Shown one piece after another: positions 12,739-25,380 of a stretch of DNA of 64,000 bases. Within the stretch, counting starts at the first letter, position 1, and each line of letters opens with the position of its first letter. The DNA is taken from NCBI GenBank assembly GCA_023920165.1, contig CP089275.1, positions 558,001-622,000 of the forward strand, read 5' to 3'. The translations under genes and the position numbers were made by a program. This stretch comes from Curvularia clavata (taxonomy: Eukaryota). The notes under the pieces were generated by a model. It worked only from the letters and a program-made list of their open reading frames with translations. It was not told the origin of the DNA and did not search any database.

Positions 12739-14149
12739 TAAAGCTTGACACTGATGACGAAGGGCGCCCGGCATCCACCCTCTGGCGAGTGGCCCCCGTT
12801 ACTTAGGTGCAGAGCATACCATCAGCCTTGTTTTCATGGACCTCCCTGCGGCTCTTTCTTACGGTGTATGCTTGCCGCATAATCTTACTGGTCGGTACGT
12901 ATGCATGGCGTTGGTGGAATTCACATTTATCTTTTCTTCTTTTTCTGAATACAGGCCTTTGGGATGTATCAACGGCGGTTTTGTCGAGCGATCTTTCGCC
13001 AGTTTTTGACGCTGGGAAGCATATGAGGTACGACATCTCAGATGCTTAATGCATGAAGGACTGTTTCAGGCGGACGGTGGGTTCAATAGTAGCAAAAGCC
13101 AATAGCGGAGGGGTGTTTCTCGGATTCGGTATGTCAACAAACCTGACATGATCAGGACTCAAACTCACCATAATGTCCTAGGCTTCGCACAAATCACGAT
13201 GCATCAAAGGCGTTGCTATTGCGATATGTCGCAGGAGGTGGAGGACTCATGGCTGCTAATAGCACATAGGACCAGCTCGTCTCTTCCTGTCCCTGGATGA
13301 CTTGCCTGAAAACAATTATGATTTAGATATAGGATCCTCGCTGCCGTGGCCCTGATGTGGACAAAATTCAAGTGACGGAACTGAAGCGCGGTTTGGCCCT
13401 CTCTGCCGCTTGTGCTTGTGCCTGACGTGGTGGCAGATGTTAGACGATTCATCGATGTCTTGCGGCTCACTGGGTTTCCAGGTGATGCCTTTGCCCTAGT
13501 TCCAACATCCTGATACTGACATACGCACAGATCCACGGCTGTGAACGCACTAATCGATCAGTTGTTTTCTTACCATTAACTGTGGATTTGTAGTACTATC
13601 TCGCTCATACAGATGGTGATCGTCGTATACTGTAGCAACTGGCAGGTCTAAAGCAACCTTTCCACGTAATCGCAGGCGGCGTATCTGGGTTCTAGATGCG
13701 ATCTTAGAAGTGCCATGTCGCTGGCTCGCCATTAGCATTGGGCAGCCTCAGAGACTGGCTGTACTACACACACTGTATGGTTAAACAGTAGAACTTTAGG
13801 TCATGTAGTGACCTTAGTTTGGGTGAGTTACTGCCAGTACAATGCATAGTGCCGATTCAATCTTCACATCCGAGGGTCTTGTCATGAGATCGGTAGCCAT
13901 AATAGTTATTTATTTGAATGATGTACTTTACGCAGAACTATGTCCATCTTCATAATGCTGTGTCTCCAGTACAAGTGAACAAATGTATGACCAGGAGCGA
14001 GGGCGCGCTACCTCGCCAAAAGTAACCCCCCACGTGCACGTCCTCGCGAAAAACTTCCCCGCTAGAAAGTTCGTAGGCTAAAGCTTCAACTTGACTGCCA
14101 GTCGCGATTTCGAACCAACACTCAAGAGTTGAGATTTCTGTGTGCCGCC

Positions 14150-16596
14150 ATGTCAGATCCTCAGGATGATGTCGCGCGACCCGCGAAACGCGCTCGACTT
14201 GACAGCGATTCCGTTCCTACGCTCTCCGCAAACACCTCTGCGCCGGCCGCCCCAGAACAGCCCATTCCCTCTGCGCCTGCGGCAATTGACACCGATCTCG
14301 AGCGTGAAGTGCGCGCCGGAATAACAGAATATGTGTGCCCAGGCAATCTCGGATTTACGGGCGTGCTGAAGCAGAGATACACCGATTTCTTGGTCAACGA
14401 GATTGGACTCGACGGGCAGGTACTGCACCTTAAAAGTACAGAGGTGGAAGCAAAGAAGAGCTTGAAAACGCCAGAGAATACAAATGCGACAAACAATTCC
14501 GATAAAGCAAAGCCAATCGAGGCAGGCTCAAAAGACGAAAAGGCCGACGCGGACATGCAGGACGTGGGATCTGGAGAGGTCACGCTGCCTGTACCGACGC
14601 CAGTACACGAGGCACCCAAAGACACTGAAAATGATGCCGAGCAAATCATTGGACAAGTCAAGGCGACAAAAGAAGAACCAGAAGAAACAGTAAGTATTCA
14701 AAACTTTAAACACTCGTCATAAATGCTAATCTGGTGCAGCTTGCTGACGAGGACCGCAAAACATTGGAGTCGATATTCGGTCGCCAGACTACTGACGATA
14801 TTGTCAAGCTTGTGCAGCAAGTACGGAAACGCGAATCGAAAAAGGCAAAGGATTTTAAGCCTGTCATATCACCGCCCATCACAGACAAGGACACGCGAAC
14901 TCAGGCCCACCAAAGTCTGCGTCGGATATTTCCCAACTTGCTGGAGAGTGCAATGGAGAATGACCAGACAATCCGCATCAAGGCTGCGCCTCCAGCAGAG
15001 CGCAAAAACAAAAAAGGAAAGAATGGAGGCCGAGACCGAGAGGACCAGGGCAGACGGAGAGGTGGTATGGATTGGGAAGAGCTAGGTGGTGAATACCTAC
15101 ACTTCAACCTATATAAAGAGAACAAGGACACCATGGAGGTGGTAGGCTTTCTCGGCAGCAAGCTCAACTGCGGAGCAAAAGGCTTCGGCTTTGCGGGCAC
15201 AAAGGATAGACGTGCGTGTACTGTGCAGAGAGTGTGCGTTAAGCGTCAAACAGCGCAGCGTATCCAGAACTTTAACAAAGTACTGTTTAACGCTGCTGTT
15301 GGCGATTTCGAGCACTCCCATCGTGAACTCAAGCTTGGCGATTTGTTGGGCAATGAGTTTACAATCACACTACGAGACTGCCATTTCCAGAGCGAGGAGG
15401 GGTTAGGCTTTGAGCAGCGACAGAAGCTTGCCAACGATGTGGTTCGCAAGGCGATTACCGACTTCTCTGAGCGAGGGTTTATTAACTACTACGGTCTCCA
15501 GCGTTTCGGTTCGTTCGCTGCCAGCACTGACGCCATCGGCCGTAAGATGCTGCAAGACGACCTCAAAGGCGCAGTCGAAGACCTCCTCGCATACAGCGAT
15601 GTTGCTCTCGCCGCCGCTGACGGTACCTCGACCAACCCAGCTATCCAAGTCTCTCAGGATGACCGCAACCGCGCCAAAGCACTTCACATTTGGAAAACAA
15701 CAGGGAACGGCAGCGAAGCACTCAACCTACTGCCCAGAAAATTCACTGCTGAGCGTAACATCATCCAGCACCTCAGTTCACGCAACGGCAAATCGGGACG
15801 CTACGACCGCAAAACAGACTGGCAGGGTGCACTTATGACGATCCCACGTACTCTCCGCCTAATGTACGTACACGCCTACCAATCTCTTGTCTGGAACACT
15901 GTCGCTGGCAAGCGCTGGGCTACATATGGCGACAAAGTAGTCGAAGGCGATCTTGTCCTCGTCAACGAACACCGCGACAAGGAGACCGGCACAGCCAGCG
16001 CCGCCCAACCTGACTCAACTCTTGACCAAGACGGCGAAACCATCATCAACCCACTCGGCACCGAAAACGCAAACGCACCCGAAGCCAACTTCGAACGCGC
16101 CCGGCCCTTGTCCGCCGCAGAAGCTGCATCAGGCGCCTACAGCATCTACGATATTGTGCTCCCCCAGCCAGGCTTCGACGTCGAGTACCCACGCAACGCC
16201 ATCGGCGACTTCTACAAGACCTTCATGGCGAGCGACAAGGGCGGCGGCCTCGATCCTCACAACATGCGTCGTCCCTGGCGCGAAGTCAGTCTCAGCGGCG
16301 GATACAGAAAGGTACTCGCCAAGCCGCTGCGCCCGCTCGAGTACGAAGTGCATGCGTACGAGCGCGTGGACGAGCAATTCGTTGAGACGGATTTGCAGCG
16401 ACTAGGTCGGGAGAGGGATGGTAGTAATGCCAAGAGGGAAGTGGAAGAGCAAGGGCAGCAGCAGGAGGAAAAGAAGATTGCGGTTGTGATTAAGTTGCAG
16501 CTGGGAAGTAGCCAGTATGCTACTATGGCGCTGAGAGAGCTTATGAAGGCTGGGGGTGTTAAGGCGTATAAGCCGGAGTTTATGGGCGGGAGGTAA
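14150..16596 (+). CDS. PUS7: Multisubstrate pseudouridine synthase 7 (TruD family), 2 exons
   Basis: GVLKQRYTDFLVNEI, LYKENKDTME, FAGTKDRRA (catalytic Asp), GNEFTITLR, FINYYGLQRFG, MYVHAYQS and SQYATMALRELMK. Confidence 0.96.
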
Positions 16597-17447
16597 GGGA
16601 ATTTGATAGAAAGTGGAGATTTGTCTGAATACGAGAATGGGCGCATGAACAAAAAAAAGACTTATGAGAAGAAGAGATAGAATCGAAATGAATGGGATGT
16701 TGGCATGAAAGAAGCAGAAATAAATGTTGCTTCCTCGTCACGATTAACTTGAACTACGTCTTCCTGATCATAGTAGATATTGATATTTACACATGTCTGA
16801 CTTTCTTGATACGCACAAATTCTCTCCACTCCCCAATCTCACGACCCAGCGTCTTTATCAATCCATTCACACAGTCATACACAAAATTTATTTTACTATA
16901 CTGCCCCCCGAAACCCCCATCCCCATCCGTCCTTGCAAGCCTTCATTTCGTCTTCATGATTTAGCTTTTGAAGGCTCGAGTTGGAAGTGTTAGCGTGAGA
17001 AGATAAATCCACTAAGCTACCACGAAGCAGGAGAATATAATATCGCGAAAGAAAGGGCGAAAATTAAAATACAGCATAGAGGCGTTATAGGGCTGCTTGG
17101 ATGATACAGAAAAAGCAAATGAGATATATTTGGAAGCAGGTGCACACAATGGAAAAAGAGCAGATTGGTAGCACATAGGATGATTTGTATAGGCGTATGA
17201 TATCCAGGCATATACACAGCAAACACATGACTTGATTCAGACAAGTACCACTGGAAAGGGTGTCAAAGGGAAAGAAAACAAAAGATGCAATTGGTATCTT
17301 GCTCCATAACACCCCACTTTGGCGACACACCATCATCACACACATATCCAGCAAAACCATATATAATCAGTCCCTGAAAAGACGTCAGGACCATCAAATC
17401 AACCGCTCAATTCTCCATTTCCCTCGTACATAAAAACCCACATCTAT

Positions 17448-19753
17448 CTACCCCCTAAACACCGACTTATGCGTTAGCGGCGAATCCAGCTGTACCGGTG
17501 GCCCTCTTGACCTCCCTCCTCTTGTCAGCGGCGTGCGCCCCGTACAAAAAACACAAACGTAGACGGGCGGCAAGCTCCCCTTGTCCAACCCAATACATGC
17601 AAGATGTAGCCACATGCTACAAGACTCGCACTGCAGCATAGCTTTTTCATCATCGTCGTTGTCGCCATTGCAAACACACCGTGTGCTTTGGGACGAGACG
17701 ATACTTCGGTCAGTCGAAGGGGTGGTAGTTACAGAGCGATTAGAGTGAGGAGGATCGAGATAACTGGGGTTGTTCGTGTTGGAGTTGTTGTTGTTTGGGA
17801 ATTCAGCGGAAGCAGCAAGAGCCCAGCGTTGGTTGCGCGCTTTGAGCGTGGCTTGAGAGGCACAAGCACGTTCTGGAAAAAAGGGGGGCCCCCGAGTTAG
17901 CAAAGCAAGGAAAGGAGAGAAATTTCTAGCTTGCAACTGCCCTACCGATGCGTTGTTGGCGTGCCCCGACGACTTTTTTCAGCGCGCCGAGAGCGTCGCC
18001 GGGCGAGTCGGGCATGTGTTGGTCCTCGATGTTTCTGGAGTGCTTGGTCGAAGCTGAGAGATCCATTGTGCCGAGTCGTCGGGTCGAGTTGTCGCTTGCG
18101 GATCGGCCGGCCAGACGTAGTTTGTCCAACGAGGGCTTGTCGATGGTTCCTGCGACGGGACGGGAAGCTGATCGTGTCATTTTAGGAGGAGGATTGATCC
18201 GTTCGTGACTATCGCTATCCGCACGTGCATATTTCGGTGCTCGACGCTCAGGTTGTGGGACGGTAAAGGACGTCTTGCGGCTGATGGTTGCTGCTGGTTC
18301 GTCGTCTTCCGACTCACTATCATCCACCTCGTACAGACCGGGGTATTGCCGCCGGAGTTCTTGCTGTGAAGATTGGCGTAGAGCCTTTGGAGTCTTATCA
18401 TCATCTATAGCAGGTACAGTTTCTGTACGAGCACGACCAGTCTCGTCAATAACAAGGCGTGTCCGTGGTCGCCGTATTTCCGGAATAGACTTGAGCGAAC
18501 CGCCACTTTGACGCTTGAGCGGTGATGGACGCCGTGGTATGTTCGAGGCATTGCCCGGGGCGGTTGACCACGATTCCAGAGGAGGTACCTTAGACATCCT
18601 TATTCCACCATCGGTGTTACTTCGATGAAGTACAGGCCTCACGTCTTCGACCGAGCCAGAGGAAGAATTTGTATTGCTGCGAGAATGCTGGCTCCTCGCC
18701 TTCTTTGCCATTTCTCTTTCCGCCTGTGCATCCCGCAATTGCGTCTCATACGGCTGTCTTAAGCTCATGTCAATGTTCGACAGTTGGGGCATGGCACCAA
18801 AAGAAGCAGTCATGTCGGGGTGGGAGAAACTAAAAAGCATGTTGGGATCTACGCCAGTGGTTGCGGATGCGAATGAGCCTGGTCTTGACATTTGCCCCTG
18901 CTCCATGTGGCAGTTTGCAAACGACATGGGCCCCGGCGAAGCCTGGAAACTCTGAAAGCCCGGTGTCTGCATGATATTAGCCGCAGGGTGCATGCCCTGC
19001 CAGTTCATATTCTGGTCCATTCTCTGTGGTGTAGGGGCAAATGCGTCTACGCCCATAGGCAAATCAAGATCCATTTGTATGCCGTCATTCGCCGGGTCCC
19101 AGAAGAGCCTTGATTGCGGCATGGGTGGCGCTGACATGGAATCATGGCCAGGAAATTGCATCATATCTGGTGTATACTGTAAATTGCCGAACCCAAACGG
19201 GGTTTGATCGAAGAGAGCTTCTGACGGCGGCATCTGGCTGGGTGTCCTATGTATTACAGTAGCTGGCGTGGCTACTCCCTTCCCTGCGCTCTGCTGTAAA
19301 TTCCTCCTCGACGAATCATCCCTTGTTGGGGGCGGTGTCTGCATTTGTGAAAAGTCCATGCTGATAGGCCGTGACGAGGCGAAATGGTGCTGCGATGGTG
19401 CTGCTCCAACCTTGTTCAGCTGGCTGGGGTCCGGCGACGATGCCAGTCTGCGTGAGACGTCGACCGGCGGCAGGGGCAAATTCTGAGGAGCAAAGTGGTT
19501 GACATGGAACTCGGGGTCTTCGGGGGTGCGAACGGGCTGGCTATACGAGCTCGACGGCCGGTCTATGGGCGTCGATAGAGCGAACAGGGGCGCTTGGACA
19601 GGGGTTTGCTGTGCATTAGGTAGTGGGGTTGCCCAGGCGTCGAGAAAATGCGAATGGGGAATCGTCTCAGTTTTAGGAGTCTTGAGGTTTGAGTCCGGGA
19701 ACGTCAACGACTCTGGTGTTGAGGATGGACTTGGTAGAGGCCAGTCGGTCGAT
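17448..19753 (-). CDS. PHD-finger protein with a long disordered Pro/Ser-rich N-terminal region (5' exon not resolved, probably within 19.8-20.2 kb)
   Basis: C-terminal CVC...MLQCESCSMWLHLACIG...YVCVFC. Intron 17873-17945 joins the 593-aa ORF to the PHD exon in frame. Acceptor at about 19754 with a GCTAAC branch point. Confidence 0.85.
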
Positions 19754-22700
19754 CTAGCGTGTGACCCACGTTAGCCTTGGGCACATGCAGGTGCGAGCCG
19801 ATACATGGAGGAAAACAAAAACGTATAAGCGTGCAAGGGGGAGTGAACAGGAAAGTAGCAAAAAAAGAAGAAAGGCAAAAGGTATTTCTTTTGTAGGGAA
19901 TTGGCGAGTTTTACTGGAATACAGTCTTGGGAGAAGAGAGACTAGGGCCGGTGGCCAACGAGCTTCATAGGACAACCGTGCGGTGTTGCCTGCCCCTCTG
20001 CCTACCCCAAACCCCCATTGGGACGGACTTGTACCAGGATCGGCCCTTAAGCCAGGCAGAGAAAACATAGACGACGAGAGCAGGTCTTGACCACGAAGCT
20101 TGTTGCACCGGCCCTCTAACAGCAGCAAATCGCTTTGCCCAAGGGCTTTGAAAGAAGACAAAAGGGAGCCATACGCATGTGTGTGCTGATCCAGACTCAT
20201 AGCCAGCCCGGTAACACAGCGTTGCTGTCCTACGGACCATGTAGCGAGTAATATAATACGACGTTCGGCGGGTGTTCGAGCGAGGGCGTTGGGTGGACGG
20301 TGAGGGCTAAGGACAGCAGGCTGTGGTGGCCGAGACGCTTGGCTATCTAAATGTAGCCCGGAGCAGAGGCGGTACGCAGAGTTCGAAGGGAGGTGTGGAA
20401 ACTGTTGAGTAGTACGCTGGACCAGAGTAATGGCAGAGGGAAGGGAAGATGTGCTGGTGTTGTAAGACTTGGACGACGCAAGTCAGGTACAGAACAACCG
20501 AGCGAGGAGCAGCGTCACGGGCAGCAACGCAGTGAAGACGAAGCGGCAGGCTTGGACCGATGTTTGTCACTGTGAAGAATAGCCGGTGAAAGGTTTCTTC
20601 ACGTACTAGGCAGGGCAGTGGGGCCGGGGAAATCTGAAGCTGCAAATGCAAAAGACTGAAGTTCGGCAAAGATGAATAATTGCAAGCACCGATCGTGACC
20701 CGCAGCAGCAGCACATGCAGCGGCAGTAATGCTGAGGGACGGCGGGCTTGGTGGTCTCCTGAAGCCTAGCAAGAGTCGTCTAGCTCAGGTACCGAGCCGC
20801 ATGGCCCGTCCATGGCAACATGGTGAGGCTGGCATTATTGGGTGGTGACGGCAGGGAGGGAGACATGGAGGAATCGTCTTGCGTCGTCGGCGCCGCAGCC
20901 CAGGACAAAGCTTCACTCACCCGACCCCGGACTAGCAGCGAATAAGGTGACGAGCCTGGCCAAGCAGACGCATCCATGACCTAACTCACGAACGGACACG
21001 GAACGACTGCACCATGGCTCGGGGTGGGAATGCAGCGTGCCGTAACAAGGTGATGGGTAGACATGACAGGCTGACTGCTCAACTCTTTGCCTCGGAGACC
21101 CACGCGCTAAATCCGCGTTCTTTTGCTCCCCGCCAGCCACTCACACGACCAACACCGCCATGACCGGACCAGCACATGTCATGGCCCTGCCCTGCCTTGG
21201 ATAATCCCTTCCTTGCCCCCGTGGGATCCGGCGTGCGTCAACCACGCAGAATAAGCAACCTACCGATAAGGCAGGAAAGAAGGAAAAAAAAAAGGCCCCT
21301 TTGGCTGCTGCTGCCAGCTGGCAAGTCCCATGTGTCAGCAATGGACCGACAATCAGCCAAGAGGCGATGTCGATTAATCTAGCCGTCATGTCGTTATGCA
21401 AAAATCCCGTAGACCTGGCCCAAAGGCTCTCCGTTGCCCGGCAGATCATAGCCTAGACTTCACCAGGCCCATGTGCTTTGCGGAGAAACGCGATCCAGGA
21501 TAGGGCAGTCGTGTGGTTTTTCCCGGTCCCCTAGGCTACAGTAGGCCAAGTCTGATACATACGTGTGAAAGCGTCATCGACATTGCCGGGGCCTAATTTC
21601 CCCATTTTCATTGTTCCTCCATGTCGAGGGGGGTGGGGTGTGTGTGCAAGGCAATCTCTCCATACGATATGAAACTACTCGTCACTCAAGTACCTAATCG
21701 ATGCCCATTTGGACCCTAGCGCCAGCCCTCGCATGCAAGGTACCGGTGCCCTCAGCTCTCTCGTGTTCAAGGGCAAGCTCAGCTGTCGACGTGACTCATA
21801 GACGCTACTAGATAGTATAGCTGCTGATCAGCTTCATAAAGGACGCCGTCTATTGCATGCATCGTGTCATTAGACAAGTTCATGCCTGACTCTTGGAAAT
21901 GCTCCTGTTGAAGCATACGGAGCAGCACGTGGACCTGGAGAGCCGAAGAATTCATGCGAGACAGACCAAGACCGCTCAAAGCGTCTAGCCACAGCACCGG
22001 AAATAATGACGCCTGCTATCGCATCCATATCTGGAAATATGGCCAGTAAATTCGCACGTTGGTATTGCGAACGGTGTTTATCGTCGGCATGGTCCAAATA
22101 CAGTACGATAGCCGGTACATGGTGAATAGTCAGGGACAGGTTTATTGTGATTTTTTAAACTCGGCTGAACTCAGCGTGACCTCAAAGGTCGGGTTGGTAA
22201 GGGGTAGTGCAGCTGTAGTCGAGATTGTGACGATATACTTGACGTCAATGCCAAGGGCGGCTTGAAGAAGGGTCGCGTCTTGGGCTGATTATTGGTATTG
22301 CGAAGAGAGGCTCAAACTAGTTCCTTATCATGCAGGTAGCGAGTAGTATCTTCGGTCCAGCTCTGCTCAACCATCTCAGCATTGGAGAGATGGCGAAGCT
22401 CCCATGCTGTTGTGCTTGGTCGAGTTCGGACGACACCACGGCTAGTGTTTGAAGCTGTGCCAACAAACAGCAACGTGGATGTGATGTCAGGGGATCGAGA
22501 TGAGGGGCGGGTAAACAGTTCGTTGGCAATCGAGTATATCTGCCCAAAAGCAACTCGAAATGTGCGAACATGTTGAATGCGTGGCGACTATGCAAGTTTT
22601 GCTTCTTTCCCAGTTTAGCTGCATGCATTATACGCGGCAGGAGCAAACAGGCAGGCACAACAACAACGACACGCGGCAGCCACATGACTCTTGAAACATG

Positions 22701-22914
22701 CACTATGAGTTCTTCTTTCAGGCACAGCATGACCGAGTTATTACCGTATAACTAAGCTCAAACATGACTATCCGCAAACATGCAAAAAGAAAAGAAAAGA
22801 AAACGCCTCCAAGCTCCAAATTTTAGAGAGACCGAGCGAGAACAATGAGAGGAATAGAAGGAATGTTTTGAATATTATGTACACTAGAGAAAATGAATTA
22901 ACCCACTCCTACCA

Positions 22915-23988
22915 TTATCGTGTAGAGTATGGCCTGGCATGAACGTCGTGCTGAAATGACATGTCTGACACAACCGACATGGTCTCATCCGGATCGTCAA
23001 AGGGCGAGCGCTCCATGCCACGCGAACAAAGTGGACTCACAGGCACTCGAACGCTGCTTTGTCGTGAGGTAGTCATGAAACTGGGCGGAGGCACGCTGCT
23101 TGGTCGATACGGGGGTGGCGGGCCCATGATGCTGTGATTGTCCGCGAATGGGTCTGGACCAAGCTGGTTATTCGACGTGATGGAAACCATGTCTGAAGTG
23201 TCCATGCCAGTAAGATAGGCGCCATTCGAAGATGATCCAATAGGCCCCAGTATGATGGGTTGGACCTGGCTCGAAACAGACGTAGGCGGGAGGTGGACGG
23301 GCGGCGCATTGTAAGGCTGAGAGACAGACACTGCTGGTAAACCCGAAGGCAATGAAGCCATGTGAGCTCGTACTACGGGCGGGTTTGGTGGTCCCATCTT
23401 CATTTCTTGGGCAGAAGACTTCGCGGCAGCTTCTGCTCTGCGCTTCTTACGCCTGCGTAGACACACCAAAGTGATTGCTCCGATGATGGCCAGGATGATG
23501 ATAGGTACTGCCGCAGCTGCTGCATAGATGGGTGTCTTGTTCGAGTCCTTCTTGGCCCAATCCCATCCAGAAGGTCGGCCTCCGAACGGACCAATTCCCG
23601 ACGGGGACGAAACTCCCGTGCGAGTACCTGACAAAAGTTCCGTCGCTGACCATGGCAACGTCGTTCCGGCCTCAGGGTACGGGGTTTCTGCAATGCCTGC
23701 TGTTGTGGAAACGGACGTTTCCCAACTGTTTGTTGAGGTAGTGGGAGCCACACCTGCATAGGGCGGCCAGGGAAGCGTAGACGGATAGCCATCGGGTCGT
23801 GAAGTGGGACGATGTCTCGTCTGAGAGTCGTCGTTGTCGCCAAGAGACTGCGTCGAAAAAGCCATGGACACTATGATCACTTGCGAAGAGGAAATCGCCG
23901 TGGTTACAATGGTAGCATCAAAATCTTGAGTAGGCCAGGACAGCGGGTCCCATTCGTCTTTTTGCAAGTCGTCTGGCGGAGGAGCCAT
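22915..23988 (-). CDS. Single-pass membrane protein with a Ser/Thr-rich N-terminal part and a Pro-rich cytoplasmic tail
   Basis: 357-aa ORF. Transmembrane segment IYAAAAAVPIIILAIIGAITLVCL followed by RRRKKRR. Tail contains DPFAD, PPPPYRP and SPFDDP. Confidence 0.8.
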   Translation of the reverse strand: MAPPPDDLQKDEWDPLSWPTQDFDATIVTTAISSSQVIIVSMAFSTQSLGDNDDSQTRHRPTSRPDGYPSTLPWPPYAGVAPTTSTNSWETSVSTTAGIAETPYPEAGTTLPWSATELLSGTRTGVSSPSGIGPFGGRPSGWDWAKKDSNKTPIYAAAAAVPIIILAIIGAITLVCLRRRKKRRAEAAAKSSAQEMKMGPPNPPVVRAHMASLPSGLPAVSVSQPYNAPPVHLPPTSVSSQVQPIILGPIGSSSNGAYLTGMDTSDMVSITSNNQLGPDPFADNHSIMGPPPPYRPSSVPPPSFMTTSRQSSVRVPVSPLCSRGMERSPFDDPDETMSVVSDMSFQHDVHARPYSTR

Positions 23989-25380
23989 TGCGGCTGAGGT
24001 GATCCGCTGACGGGCGCTGCTTGCGATGGACAGATGGACAGCAGTTGGGCACAGGTATCAAGGCCCCTCAGACGACAGTAATGTGGTGAGATGTCTGATT
24101 ATTTGCTAAAAACCGAGGTGGGAGCTGCACTATGGTGTTAGTTTGGGGCTGCCTGACCAGTGGTAGGAGATGCGGGGCCGAAGGGAATGTCAGGGCTGAC
24201 CTTGGTATTCGAATCGATGACGCGAGACCAGGCGGCCGCGGCAGAGTAAGTCTGTGTATAGATACAACGGCAGAGAAATCCCAGCCACTTGATGGTGAGG
24301 AATGGGCGAGGGAATTAAAAGAGGGCAATCAAGCAAGAGGGGTAAACATGACCGCACCCCAAGCTGAAGAGGCGCAGGCATGTTGCTGTTATCTGGCGCC
24401 ATATGCGGATGCTGCAGGCTGTCAAGCCAACAAGCCCAAGTCCGACGTGCCGACAGCCAGTGGTCGGCCTAATTGGCTGCGTGCTGCGATGACCGTTCCA
24501 TTCAAGGCCCCAGCCTCAATGTGTTGGAGACTGGCAACCCCGCTGGCTCGGAACTGGCTATTTTGGGGCTTGGCCAACATCCTGGTCGTCGATCTAGTAA
24601 AGCTTAGTACGTGCGAACAGTGCATTCTCTGGGTTGTTGTGGAGATGGTGCATTGTTTTGCTGCATCGTGCCAACGTGCCCCCTCTTGTCTATGTGATGG
24701 GCTTGCCTGTTGCAGCCGGACGCGAACAGTCCAGATCGGCACGAGGAAAACAAAGGCGGGGATGCCGACAATCAGCCTTTACCTTGTCCTACTGTGCGCT
24801 GTGTGAAGATCTCTTTGTGGGTTATTTTTGCTGCCGGACATGATTGGCTGGGAGATATTGTAAGGCCACAGCCGGGCGTACATGGCTGGTGGCAGGCCGC
24901 ATTTCTCGTCTTGGTGGTTGGTTACAAGGATGTCTGGGTTGGGAAGCGAACGATGCCGCCAGCAAAAAAGTGGCTGAGCCGCAGCCAGGTCAGAGAGTAG
25001 TGCGGAGAGATGAAACGGTGGGCGCATTCTGACTGCACGGCTGGATGTCCATTAGTCCGGCGGGCGTTCCCGTTCCTATGGGCTCGTGAGATCGAAGTCC
25101 GCGGTTGTAGAGGGCACCACCTATTTGCACCACTCAGCGCCTGAGATTGATACCATCTGGCTCAAAGAGTTAGAAGCATGTTCTTCAAGGTAGTCTCTGC
25201 TGGTGATATGTGCTGCAGAGTATTGTTGAGCAGTCCGGACATGGGCCCAGGATGGTGGTGGTGGTTGCTTGGCTGATGACCTCATCGGGCCCACACAGGA
25301 AGTGGATCCAGATCTGCTGGTATCCGTGGACACCGTCTCCACGCCTAACTCGACATACTTGTACATATTCGTCGCCAGCA

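Noticed and set aside
13792..13820. Imperfect inverted repeat aactttaggtca...tgaccttagtt
   Set aside because: A single short imperfect hairpin, as expected by chance in 64 kb.
24132..24806. 224-aa plus-strand ORF in the divergent promoter region
   Set aside because: Its composition is atypical (Cys/Trp/Ala scattered), it has no motifs, and it overlaps the likely 5' UTR of the minus-strand gene.
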